In this document: positions 20,472 through 29,420 of the stretch, piece after piece | Numbering within the stretch: position 1 is the first letter of the stretch | How the letters are laid out: every line of letters begins with the position of its first letter | Origin: Deltaproteobacteria bacterium | GTDB lineage: Bacteria > JAGRBM01 > JAHCIT01 | Assembly: GCA_026129095.1 (NCBI GenBank) | Contig: JAHCIT010000012.1 | Span: forward strand, 1-64,000 | Direction of reading: 5' to 3' | Length of the DNA stretch: 64,000 nucleotides | Translations under genes and position numbers: made by a program | The notes under the pieces: generated by a model | Database searches by the model: none | Told to the model about the DNA's origin: nothing | The model's input: only the letters and a program-made list of their open reading frames with translations

Positions 20472-21371
20472 CTGCCGGGCGGCGACCGCCGGGTTCTCCA
20501 GCGCAGCGGCCATTTCGAACACAACCCAGGCCCCGCATCGGTCGCAGTCCACGTCGTTTCCGTAACAGCAGAAGGGTGAAACCAGTGTCCGGCCCGAAAG
20601 GTACAGCGGCAGTATCAGCTGCTTCGCCGGGCAGTTTCCCGTGATCTTCCCGGGGTTATTTTCCGACAGCATCATTTCGAGCGAACGAGTGCGGTTCCGT
20701 ATGAGGCCGCCCATCTGCTTCTTCAGTTCCATGACTAGCCGTATGGCATCGTCGCGCTGCCTTACGCTTTCCCATGCGTTCCCGGTCGTGTCATTGCGGG
20801 CCGGTACGTGGAAGGAAAATGTCAGATGACGGAACGGGCTTCTGGAGATGATCTCGACGAACTCGGGCAGCGAATCCTGGTTGCGTCTTGTCACCACGCA
20901 CTGGCACTGCACCACATGGGGAAATCCGGAGGGGAGGCGGCCCATGTTGTCCATCACCCGCCGGAACACGCCTTCGCCCCGGATTGAGTCGTTGAGTGCT
21001 TCGGGTCCGTCCAGCGAGATGACGTAGAGCAGGTTTTCCGTCACATCCGAGAAATCGGCCAAGGGAATGGTCCCGTTCGTCGTGATGGTATTGCGTGCAA
21101 ACAGCGGCAATCCCCTGCGGAGCAGGTCTTTCTTGATGAGAGGCTCTCCACCCATCCAGAGCATTGCACCGATGCGGTGACGGTCACGTATCTCCCTGAT
21201 CTGGGCCAGGAGATCATCGTCGGACGGCTCGGATACCGGCTGGTTCGGATTGCCGTCGCGGTAGACGAAGCAATGGGAGCAGTGCAGGTTGCACCGGTTG
21301 GTGATGTTGACGATCGCCTGCGGATAGAAACGCGCAGGAACTGCACTCTGGTTCACCGTTTCGGTATCCAC
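20454..21371 (-). CDS. Radical SAM protein with C-terminal Cys cluster
   Basis: CNLHCSHC, GGEP, TTNGT, ISLDG and C-terminal C...CC...CDRC. Confidence 0.85.
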   Translation of the reverse strand: MDTETVNQSAVPARFYPQAIVNITNRCNLHCSHCFVYRDGNPNQPVSEPSDDDLLAQIREIRDRHRIGAMLWMGGEPLIKKDLLRRGLPLFARNTITTNGTIPLADFSDVTENLLYVISLDGPEALNDSIRGEGVFRRVMDNMGRLPSGFPHVVQCQCVVTRRNQDSLPEFVEIISRSPFRHLTFSFHVPARNDTTGNAWESVRQRDDAIRLVMELKKQMGGLIRNRTRSLEMMLSENNPGKITGNCPAKQLILPLYLSGRTLVSPFCCYGNDVDCDRCGAWVVFEMAAALENPAVAARQLHLPD

Positions 21372-21527
21372 TGGGGAAGGCCTCCACTCACAGATATTAC
21401 AACAGGATGTCTAATATGCCTACAGTTGTAATTTTTCTGACTGTAAAACTTCCGTGCAATCCAGCACAGCGATGAGGGACTGCCGCCCATTGAAAGTAGC
21501 TGCTGCCTGTCCATATTCGGCGGTCTT

Positions 21528-21541
21528 ATGACACGTGCCAT
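21528..21541. promoter_or_regulatory. Crp/Fnr-like palindrome ATGAC-ACGT-GCCAT
   Basis: Lies in a divergent intergenic region and matches the window-wide ATGAC-N4-GTCAT consensus. CACACT lies 22 nt downstream, towards the GMC gene. Confidence 0.5.
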
Positions 21542-21607
21542 AGGTTACCGGTGTCTTTTCCCGCACACTGGAAACTGCAGACCAGACCACGTTGTCCCAG
21601 GAGCGCC

Positions 21608-23035
21608 ATGGAGACGGACATTCACAGCGATATTTGTGTGATCGGTTCTGGTGCCGGAGGGGCGGCACTGGCCGCCGAAATGGCACTGGCCGGAGCGTCC
21701 GTGTCGGTCCTGGAGGCGGGAGGTGAGGCACCCCGCGCAATGCTCGGCGAATCCGGGCTCCAAAGTGCCATCCGTGCCATCAGGAGCGGAAGCTACGTCG
21801 TTTCCAGCGGCGGCTGGATTCCACCGCGAGTGGTCCTTCACGGACGCTGCGAGGGCGGTTCCACGGCCATCAATACCGGCAACTGTTTTCCGCTGCCGGA
21901 GTCCATCCACAGTGCATGGAAGAGGGCCGGAGCTCCTGATCTTTCTGATTACTACCGCCGGGTAGATACCTTCCTGCAGGTGTCGGAAGCCGGTGCGGAA
22001 CTGCTGGGAAACAACGGCCGGAAACTTCTGGAAGGCATCCGGAACCGGGGCTGGAAGGGTGGGCCAATGCCCCGCAATGCCCCCGGATGCACGGGCCGGA
22101 CGATCTGCATCCTGGGCTGCCCGGAAGAGGCCAAGCGCGGCACCAACATCTCCTATCTTCCGGTGGCACGGAAGAAAGGTGCCGGAGTTTATCTGAATAC
22201 CCGTGCCGTCCGCATCCGGTTCGCGGGCCGCCGGGCCAGTTGCGCCGAAACCATTTCCACCCGTGATGGCGTCCGGAGGACATTCCATGCCGACCAGATC
22301 GTTCTTGCCGGAGGCAGCCTTTACACGCCCGCGCTGCTTCAGAGGTCAGGCGTTGACACCGCAGGTGTGGGCGAAAACCTTTCCATCCATCCGGCGTTTC
22401 TCCTGATTCCGCACTTCCCCGGACCGGTGGAGATGGGGCCGCCATCCATTCCGCAAAGTGCGTACTGCAGCGAGTTCCTGGAGTCCGAGGGGTTTCTGCT
22501 CCTCAACCAGTCGGTTCCCCAGGCGCTCATGGCTCCCCTTCTGGCCGCGCTTGGCCAGATCGGCGCCCTCTCTCGCGGTTCCAGCGCAGGCCTGTGGGCA
22601 GCACTTGTTCATGATGAAGGAACTGGTTCCGTGTCCAGTGACGGGGGGGATGGCTACCGGATCAGTTACCGGCTGACGGATTCGGTCCGCCGCTCGGCGC
22701 GAAAGGCGATGCTGCGGCTTGCGGAGGCGGCATTCACGGCTGGCGCCACTGCGGTCACGCCGGTTGTGCTGGGGACACGCCAGTTCAGGGATTCGGGAGC
22801 GCTTGACCGCTGGCTTCCCGATCCTCTTCCGGAAAGACGGGTAGTCACGGGTGGTTTTCATCCGATGGGCACCTGTTCAATCGGACGGGTGTGCGAAGGT
22901 TCCGGACAGGTCCGGGGATACGAGCATCTCTACGTGGCCGATGCCAGCCTGTTCCCGTCGGCTTCCGGCGTTACTCCGCAGATGTCGGTCATGGCGCTGG
23001 CCACATCGGTAGCCGCCGGCCTTCTGGCAAACTGA
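21608..23035 (+). CDS. GMC family flavin oxidoreductase
   Basis: GSGAGG FAD motif, GGSTAIN, C..GCP, VGENL..HP, HPMGTC and VADAS.FP. Confidence 0.85.
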   Translation: METDIHSDICVIGSGAGGAALAAEMALAGASVSVLEAGGEAPRAMLGESGLQSAIRAIRSGSYVVSSGGWIPPRVVLHGRCEGGSTAINTGNCFPLPESIHSAWKRAGAPDLSDYYRRVDTFLQVSEAGAELLGNNGRKLLEGIRNRGWKGGPMPRNAPGCTGRTICILGCPEEAKRGTNISYLPVARKKGAGVYLNTRAVRIRFAGRRASCAETISTRDGVRRTFHADQIVLAGGSLYTPALLQRSGVDTAGVGENLSIHPAFLLIPHFPGPVEMGPPSIPQSAYCSEFLESEGFLLLNQSVPQALMAPLLAALGQIGALSRGSSAGLWAALVHDEGTGSVSSDGGDGYRISYRLTDSVRRSARKAMLRLAEAAFTAGATAVTPVVLGTRQFRDSGALDRWLPDPLPERRVVTGGFHPMGTCSIGRVCEGSGQVRGYEHLYVADASLFPSASGVTPQMSVMALATSVAAGLLAN

Positions 23036-23098
23036 GAGCCGGGTAACGTATGCGATAAAGCACGGATCTGCCGTCTTGTGACGGAATATCCGGTAAAC

Positions 23099-23746
23099 CT
23101 ACCGTCGTTCCTTCATGTAGCTTTTGAGGAACGTCATTCCTGTATCGATGAGTGGCAGGACGTTCGCCACCAGTCCCATCAGGATCGACATGTCCCCGTC
23201 CAGTCGGACCTTGCCGGCCATGAATGCCTCCTGGGGAGACTGGCCCTTTTCGACGATGTCGAGAAGATCGGTTTCACTCGTTTGCACGGTGCAGGTGGGA
23301 GCGTCCGTATTGATGCCGCCGAAACCCACAAACAGGGACTCGTCCGTTCCGCTGGCCGTCGTCAGCGTAAACCGGATCGTCCCCTGGATCTGGGCCCGGA
23401 GCGAATCGATGAGTTCCTGCGTGATGAACCCGGTGGCCGTCTGAAGCGGACCGCTGATATCGATGGCATCCAGGTCCCCCGCTTCGGAAGCGGCCCGTTC
23501 GAGTGCTGTCATGAGAGCGCCCGGCGGCAGCACCACCGTGACGTATGCCATTTCGGATTTACCGGGCCTGATTGACACCGTCCCGTTCTCAATGAGAGCG
23601 GCCCAGTGGCCCGTATCCGGAATGTGTATCTGGACCGTATCCCGGATCGGACCGAACGATACTCCGGCCAGCTTCGAGCTGATCAGTTCGGGCAGCAGCC
23701 GGTCCATCAGTTCCTTCGGGGTCATGTCGGTGTTGATCTGTACCAT
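23099..23746 (-). CDS. SCP2 sterol/lipid-binding domain protein
   Basis: C-terminal PQEAFMAGKVRLDGDM signature. The ATG at 23746 follows an AGGAG RBS. Confidence 0.8.
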   Translation of the reverse strand: MVQINTDMTPKELMDRLLPELISSKLAGVSFGPIRDTVQIHIPDTGHWAALIENGTVSIRPGKSEMAYVTVVLPPGALMTALERAASEAGDLDAIDISGPLQTATGFITQELIDSLRAQIQGTIRFTLTTASGTDESLFVGFGGINTDAPTCTVQTSETDLLDIVEKGQSPQEAFMAGKVRLDGDMSILMGLVANVLPLIDTGMTFLKSYMKERR

Positions 23747-23772
23747 TGTCGGTTTCTCCTGTTCGTGAAGTT

Positions 23773-25317
23773 TCAGACAAATGCGCGCATCCGGTCCTGG
23801 TCTATGAGATCGGCGCAATCCATTCCGGACTGGCAGGCGAGCTCGGTGCCGACGCCCCGGCCTCCGGCGCAGTCGCCCGCCAGATACAGCCCCCTGACCG
23901 GCGTGCGGTGACCAGGGCGCTGGCGGCCCACCTGATCCGGGGTCTGAGCGGTCGTGACGGCCGCACCCGAACTTTTCCCAACCCATCCGGCGATGGCCCG
24001 GACGGAAAACATGTCTTCGAAGATGATGTTTTCCCTAAGCCCCGGGATCATGGCGTAGAGCGTTTGGCGGAGGTTTTCGAGCCAGGCCTTCTCGCCGTCC
24101 TGGAGTTCGACATCCGCCGTGGGAGCCACCGCGCAGGCGGTGATGATCTGCTGGCCGGGCGGAGCAAGGGAAGGATCGAAGTTGCTGGGAATGGGGCTGT
24201 AGATAGGGGTGTATTTTGGCAAGACGCCCGAATCCATCTGCCGGAAAGTTTCCAGCAGCATGGTACGGTTGATCTCCCGGCGACCGATCTTCAGCGGCGA
24301 ACCGCCAACAACGCAGCCGACTTCGGTAATCTTCTTGCGGACCCCGATTTTCGCCTGAACCGCGATATAGCTTCCCTTGATGGCTTCCACCCGCTCGATA
24401 TAGGCGCTGGTGAGATGCTCCTTGCCGGCCATACGGAACATTGTGTCCTTGACGGATGAGGTCGAAACGACGACCGGTGCGTGAAACTCCGCGCCGTTCT
24501 TCAGCCGGACGCCCCTGACACGTCCGTTGCTGATGAGGATCTTCTCGACCGGTGCCCCGGTGAGCACCCGTGCGCCGTGCTGCTCCGCCCCTTTCAGGAA
24601 CGTCCGGGGGATGGCCACCGCTCCACCCATCGGGTAACCGAGGTTGTTGTCCTGGATGAAGTGCTGGAGATTCCAGATCGATTCACCAGCCGATGCCTGC
24701 CATGTGGGCAGGATGAAATAGAGGCCGAGCAGAAATCCCACCGCGCCGTGGACGAACGTGTCGTCCGTATACCGGCTCATGAACTCGTCGATGGTCCGGT
24801 GATTCCACTTCTCGATCTCTTTTGGCGGCATCGTGAGGATGTCGAAGAACATGCGGGCCATGACCGGGATGGCGGAAACCGGAAGCCCCGACTGGTAGAA
24901 GCCGATCAGCCCGAACAGCGGGAGCATCCACTGCTCCGGGGGCGACTTGAGATCCATGTTCAGGCCGCGGAACCAGACCATCCGTTTTGCGTGGCGGAAC
25001 TTGAGCGGAGTGCCCATCCCCAGCCGCCGCGTGCATTCCCCGAACGGTCCCTTGTTTCCCCGGATGAACATGTGGGTGCCCATGTCCACATGGAAGCCGT
25101 CTTTCTCGTACCAGGAGCAGGATCCACCCACACGCGGGTTCTTTTCCAGGATCAGTGTCCGGAAGCCGTGAGAGGCAAGGATGGCTCCGCAGGCCGACCC
25201 GCCCATGCCCGTACCGATCACGATCGCATCATAGCCCTGACTGTCGCCGAAGGTGGCGGCTTTCCGGGTACCGGGCCGCTGCGGACGGCGTCTGGCTGCT
25301 GGCTCTGCCTTTGTCAC
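23773..25317 (-). CDS. Phytoene desaturase / retinol saturase-like FAD oxidoreductase
   Basis: IGTGMGG...LEKN.RVGG...DMGTH, YPMGG and TPVRGLYLAGD. Start placed at the GTG after AAGGAAG. Confidence 0.85.
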   Translation of the reverse strand: MTKAEPAARRRPQRPGTRKAATFGDSQGYDAIVIGTGMGGSACGAILASHGFRTLILEKNPRVGGSCSWYEKDGFHVDMGTHMFIRGNKGPFGECTRRLGMGTPLKFRHAKRMVWFRGLNMDLKSPPEQWMLPLFGLIGFYQSGLPVSAIPVMARMFFDILTMPPKEIEKWNHRTIDEFMSRYTDDTFVHGAVGFLLGLYFILPTWQASAGESIWNLQHFIQDNNLGYPMGGAVAIPRTFLKGAEQHGARVLTGAPVEKILISNGRVRGVRLKNGAEFHAPVVVSTSSVKDTMFRMAGKEHLTSAYIERVEAIKGSYIAVQAKIGVRKKITEVGCVVGGSPLKIGRREINRTMLLETFRQMDSGVLPKYTPIYSPIPSNFDPSLAPPGQQIITACAVAPTADVELQDGEKAWLENLRQTLYAMIPGLRENIIFEDMFSVRAIAGWVGKSSGAAVTTAQTPDQVGRQRPGHRTPVRGLYLAGDCAGGRGVGTELACQSGMDCADLIDQDRMRAFV

Positions 25318-25427
25318 TGGTTCTTCCTTATTGAACGGGCACAATCGGCTGAAAGGTTCCCGGTCTGGAAATGACGCATGTGTCAGTCGTCTCTCCAAAG
25401 AGATAGGCGCAGGGGGCCACGCCCGAT

Positions 25428-25441
25428 ATGACAGGCCTCAT
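25428..25441. promoter_or_regulatory. Crp/Fnr-like palindrome ATGAC-AGGC-CTCAT
   Basis: Intergenic, flanked by T and A (TATGAC...CTCATA). Confidence 0.7.
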
Positions 25442-25461
25442 ACTGGCTGCAACCACTCCAT

Positions 25462-25475
25462 ATGTGGCCTGTCAT
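25462..25475. promoter_or_regulatory. Crp/Fnr-like palindrome ATGTG-GCCT-GTCAT
   Basis: Second site, an inverted near-copy of the 25428 site. GATACT lies 22 nt downstream, towards the hemerythrin gene. Confidence 0.65.
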
Positions 25476-25541
25476 AACGGCGATGCTTTCCGCCGCTGAT
25501 ACTGGACGCCGAGATCACCTGCAGGGGGGTATTTGCAGCTT

Positions 25542-26117
25542 ATGATGTATCCACACTCACGTCCGGCATCGGCCTGCCATGAACTGCCGTCTCCAGAGGC
25601 CCTCAAGGCCAAGCTGGCGGCACTTCCATCAACCCATATGGTTCGTGTCCTGTACGCCGAACACGACCGGATTCTGGCGATGCTGTCGGAGATGGGCGAA
25701 CTGGTTACCAGGATGCAGACGTCCGCGGAACTGGGCAGTAATGGCATCGCCCGGATTCATGAACTGGCGCACCTGCTCATTGAAGCCGAACCGCATCACC
25801 AGCGCGAGGAAGACGTGCTGTTCCCGGAACTGGAGAAGCAGGGGCTGAATGGCCCGCCGCAGGCCATGTCCGCCGAGCATGTCGAATTGCGGCGCCTCAA
25901 GCATGAAATCCACGATATTTCGGCTTCTGCGGTTCTGGATGCCGGTGCGAAGCAGCAACTGGCCCGGGCGGCGAGGACGCTGGTGAACAACCTCCAGCTT
26001 CATATCCACAAGGAAAACGAGATCCTGTATCCGCTGGCGCTCTCGGTCATTACGGGGGACGATGCCTGGAACCGGCTGAATGCGGCGGCTGATGCCATCG
26101 GACCTTGCCCGTTCTGA
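25542..26117 (+). CDS. Hemerythrin (HHE) domain protein
   Basis: Repeated motifs EH, HHQREEDVLFP, M.AEH and HIHKENEILYP. Confidence 0.85.
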   Translation: MMYPHSRPASACHELPSPEALKAKLAALPSTHMVRVLYAEHDRILAMLSEMGELVTRMQTSAELGSNGIARIHELAHLLIEAEPHHQREEDVLFPELEKQGLNGPPQAMSAEHVELRRLKHEIHDISASAVLDAGAKQQLARAARTLVNNLQLHIHKENEILYPLALSVITGDDAWNRLNAAADAIGPCPF

Positions 26118-26141
26118 CCGTAAGAACGTATAAAGCCGGAG

Positions 26142-26444
26142 ATGGCCAGTGTGGACACCATACGCGAGTCGCTCCGGGAGGTTCTCGACCCTGAACTGGG
26201 GATCAACGTCGTTGATCTGGGGCTCGTTTTTGATGTCCGGCTGAACGATCTTGCCGTCGAGGTGGATCTGGGGATGACCTCTCCCACCTGTCCTCTGGGC
26301 CCCGTCCTGAAGAGCAATGCCGAAACGGCCGTACGAAAGGCAATGCCGGACGGTGCCCGGGTGACGGTCAATCTGCGGAGCGATCTCACTTGGGAACCCT
26401 CGAGAATGTCCCCGGAAGCAAAAAGCCGTCTGGGATGGAAGTGA
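26142..26444 (+). CDS. Metal-sulfur cluster assembly factor (DUF59/SufT/PaaD-like)
   Basis: DPELGINVVDLGLV, TSPTCP and W...MSPEAK motifs. Confidence 0.9.
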   Translation: MASVDTIRESLREVLDPELGINVVDLGLVFDVRLNDLAVEVDLGMTSPTCPLGPVLKSNAETAVRKAMPDGARVTVNLRSDLTWEPSRMSPEAKSRLGWK

Positions 26445-26449
26445 CCGGT

Positions 26450-27544
26450 ATGCCGGACGGCTCCGGTTCGGTCCGCCGCCGGTTATACCGGGCACCGCTG
26501 CTCGTGGCCGGGGCAGTCACGATGGTGGTGGCCATCTGGGGAGGCCTGATCCGGATCGGATGGGCCGCACCCGTGCCCGCACCGGCCGCCATCGAATCGC
26601 ACGGGCCCCTGATGGTTTCCGGATTTCTGGGGATACTGATCAGTCTCGAAAGGGCCGTCGGCATCGGGAAAGGGTGGGTTTATGCCGCTCCCCTGATGGC
26701 GGTCCTGTTTGCCGTCCTGACGCTGGCGGGAACCCTGCCGCCGGGGATGGCGGCGCTGCCAGGTGTGTTTGCGGCGCTGATCCTGTGCGCGGCGTATGCC
26801 ACCGTTATCCGTGAATCTCCTTCCCGCCACTTGTGGGTCATGGCGATCGGCGCCGCTTGCTGGCTTGCTGGAAACATTTTGTACGCACTGGGCTGGCCAG
26901 TATTCCGGGTGGTGCACTGGTGGGCGGGTTTTCTGGTCCTGACCATCGTCGGTGAGCGTCTTGAACTGAACCGGTTCTTGCGGCCCTCACCCTGGACCTG
27001 GCCGCTGTTTCTGGCCGCCACGGGAACGGTTCTGGGCGGGTACCTGACAGGTCTCGCTGTGCCGGCGGCCGGGGACCGGATTTCGGGGGCGGGCTATCTC
27101 ATGCTGGCGGGCTGGCTTGGGCATTATGACGTGGTCCGCCATACGGTGCGGGGCGAAGGCTTGCCGAAGTTCGTTGCAATCTGCCTGATGAGCGGATTCG
27201 TCTGGCTCGCTCTTGGAGGCGTTATCCTGCTTGGCTGGAGTCCGCTCGTGGCCGGACCCATGTACGATGCGGCCCTGCACGCCATTTTTCTCGGGTTCGT
27301 GTTTTCAATGATTTTTGGTCATGCACCGATCATTTTCCCGGCGATTCTGGAACTGCCAATCCGCTTCCGGACGCTCGCCTATCTGCCGCTGCTCCTGCTG
27401 AATATCACGCTTGCCCTGCGGATTGCGGGGGACTGGTTTCTGAGCCAGACGCTTCGGGAATGGGGTGCACTTGGAAGTGCCGCCGCAATCCTGTTTTATT
27501 TTCTGGTGACAGCAAGTTCCCTGCGGCGAAACCGCCCGGAATAG
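26450..27544 (+). CDS. Polytopic membrane protein, NnrS-like NO-response family
   Basis: About 12 TM helices with HGPLMVSGF..LISLERAV, IVGERLEL and DAALHAIFLGFVFSMIFGHAP. Located in an NO-stress context. Confidence 0.6.
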   Translation: MPDGSGSVRRRLYRAPLLVAGAVTMVVAIWGGLIRIGWAAPVPAPAAIESHGPLMVSGFLGILISLERAVGIGKGWVYAAPLMAVLFAVLTLAGTLPPGMAALPGVFAALILCAAYATVIRESPSRHLWVMAIGAACWLAGNILYALGWPVFRVVHWWAGFLVLTIVGERLELNRFLRPSPWTWPLFLAATGTVLGGYLTGLAVPAAGDRISGAGYLMLAGWLGHYDVVRHTVRGEGLPKFVAICLMSGFVWLALGGVILLGWSPLVAGPMYDAALHAIFLGFVFSMIFGHAPIIFPAILELPIRFRTLAYLPLLLLNITLALRIAGDWFLSQTLREWGALGSAAAILFYFLVTASSLRRNRPE

Positions 27545-27594
27545 CACATACAAACGGCATTTTATCGCACTGCGTTGGTCACCTTTGCCGACCT

Positions 27595-27608
27595 ATGACG
27601 GCTATCAT
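27595..27608. promoter_or_regulatory. Crp/Fnr-like palindrome ATGAC-GGCT-ATCAT
   Basis: Intergenic TATGAC...ATCATA upstream of the flavoprotein/SCP2 operon. Confidence 0.65.
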
Positions 27609-27740
27609 AGTGGAAAACTGACATCCGTATCATTTCTACAGGTGTGGTTTCGCCGTGTCTGGCGGAGCCGCACAGGCAGGAGCCCGGAGAGGGATCCGGC
27701 GCTGGTTCCAGGGCCCTAACCCCAAAGAGGTCTGGTACGG

Positions 27741-29369
27741 ATGCAGAAGAAAGATTACGATGTCATCATCATCGGCGGTGGTCATAACGGGCTGACGTGC
27801 GCCGCTTATCTGGCCCGGGCGGGTGTCGACACCCTCATACTCGAGGGACGTCACGAGTTCGGCGGCGCCGTCTACACCGATGAGCATACGGCGCCCGGCT
27901 TCTGTCACAACATCCATGCCAATTTCATGGAGTTCCTCCATATCATGCCGTTCTTCTCGGACTTCGACCTGCCGAGTCTGGGGGCGCGAACGATTTTCCC
28001 GGAGGCGCAGGCGGGAATCGCATTCAGCGACGGCCGCCCACCGGTGATCATTTACCGCAACGACATGATCGAGGAGACCTGCCGGAACTTCGCGGTCTAC
28101 TCGAAGCGCGATGCGGAAACCTGGCGGGCCCTCAAGACCAAGGCAAACATGTTCGAACCCCTCATGGCGATGGGGCTCTACACGCCGCCGGCGCCGGTGG
28201 ATCTCGCCAAGGGACTGCCCAGTGCCTATGCCGCATGGACGGTCCTGATGCGCTCCTTCGGCCTGGACGAGGAGATGGCATACAAGTCCATCCGCGACTG
28301 CATTGACGAGCTGTTTGAAAGCGACGAGATCCGGGCCCTTTTCTACCGGGTTGCGATCGAGTTCTGCGGGCCGCCGCTGGAATGGCCAGGGATGGGGGGG
28401 ATTTTCATATTCGCCTGCCTGTTCATGCCCGGCTGCTGGCGGATGATTGTTGGCGGAACGCACCGGCTCAACGGCGCAATGGTGACCGCATGCCTGAAGG
28501 AAGGCGCCACCATGCGGGAGTCGAGCCGGGTCAAGAAGGTCATCCTTGAGGACAAGCGTGCGGTCGGCGTGCAGCTTGTGGACGGCAAGGAGTTCCGAGC
28601 CAGGCATGCCGTTGTCAGCGCCATCGGGGTCAAGGACACGTTCCTGGACCTGATCGGCGAGGATCACCTGAGCGACTACTACAAGCGGCGGGTGAAGAAC
28701 TACAAGGACGGACCGGACCAGGTGCTCGGCAGTGTCGCCATGGCCCTGCATGAGCCGCCTGACTACAAGTCGGCGCGCAAGAACTCCGATATCAACCGGG
28801 CCTGGTACCAGGTGGTCGGATTCGACAGCGCCACGGAAGTCCTGGACTACTGCCGGGCGGGCCATATCGACCGGATACCCGACCTGCCGGGTGCGGGCGT
28901 CTGGATCAACTCGATCTGGGACCGGACTCAGGCGCCTCCGGGCAAGCACAACCTGACCGGGTGGTATTTCTTCCCCCGCGCCAGCGCACTCAGCGAGGGC
29001 GAATGGGAGGAGATACGCTCCACATACAACGGGAAGTTCCTGAAACTCTACGGCAAGTTCGCGCCGAACATGACCAGTGACAACGTAATCGCCGACTACC
29101 TGCACACGCCGCTCGACCAGGAGCGGGGGATGCGGATGCGCGAAGGCGACTTCGGGCACGGGGCGATGAGCATTGACCAGCTGAACCACATGCGGCCATT
29201 CGCCGGAGCCGGCCGGTACAAGACCGAAATTCCGGGGCTTTATCTGGCGGCGAGCTGCTGTCATCCCGGCGGCGGCGTGACGGCAGGGCCCGGATACAAC
29301 TGCTTCAAGATACTCTGCGAGGACCATGGGTACAAGGAAGTCTGGAGAAACCCGAAGCGAATGTACTGA
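27741..29369 (+). CDS. Phytoene dehydrogenase-like NAD(P)/FAD oxidoreductase
   Basis: GGGHNGL..AAYLARAG...LE...FGG and T.IPGLYL..S.CHPGGGV..GPGYN. Confidence 0.85.
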   Translation: MQKKDYDVIIIGGGHNGLTCAAYLARAGVDTLILEGRHEFGGAVYTDEHTAPGFCHNIHANFMEFLHIMPFFSDFDLPSLGARTIFPEAQAGIAFSDGRPPVIIYRNDMIEETCRNFAVYSKRDAETWRALKTKANMFEPLMAMGLYTPPAPVDLAKGLPSAYAAWTVLMRSFGLDEEMAYKSIRDCIDELFESDEIRALFYRVAIEFCGPPLEWPGMGGIFIFACLFMPGCWRMIVGGTHRLNGAMVTACLKEGATMRESSRVKKVILEDKRAVGVQLVDGKEFRARHAVVSAIGVKDTFLDLIGEDHLSDYYKRRVKNYKDGPDQVLGSVAMALHEPPDYKSARKNSDINRAWYQVVGFDSATEVLDYCRAGHIDRIPDLPGAGVWINSIWDRTQAPPGKHNLTGWYFFPRASALSEGEWEEIRSTYNGKFLKLYGKFAPNMTSDNVIADYLHTPLDQERGMRMREGDFGHGAMSIDQLNHMRPFAGAGRYKTEIPGLYLAASCCHPGGGVTAGPGYNCFKILCEDHGYKEVWRNPKRMY

Positions 29370-29420
29370 TTGCGCCCCGGAATGGTGCGGACACTGAGGC
29401 AAAACCGCGAGGAGAGTCTG

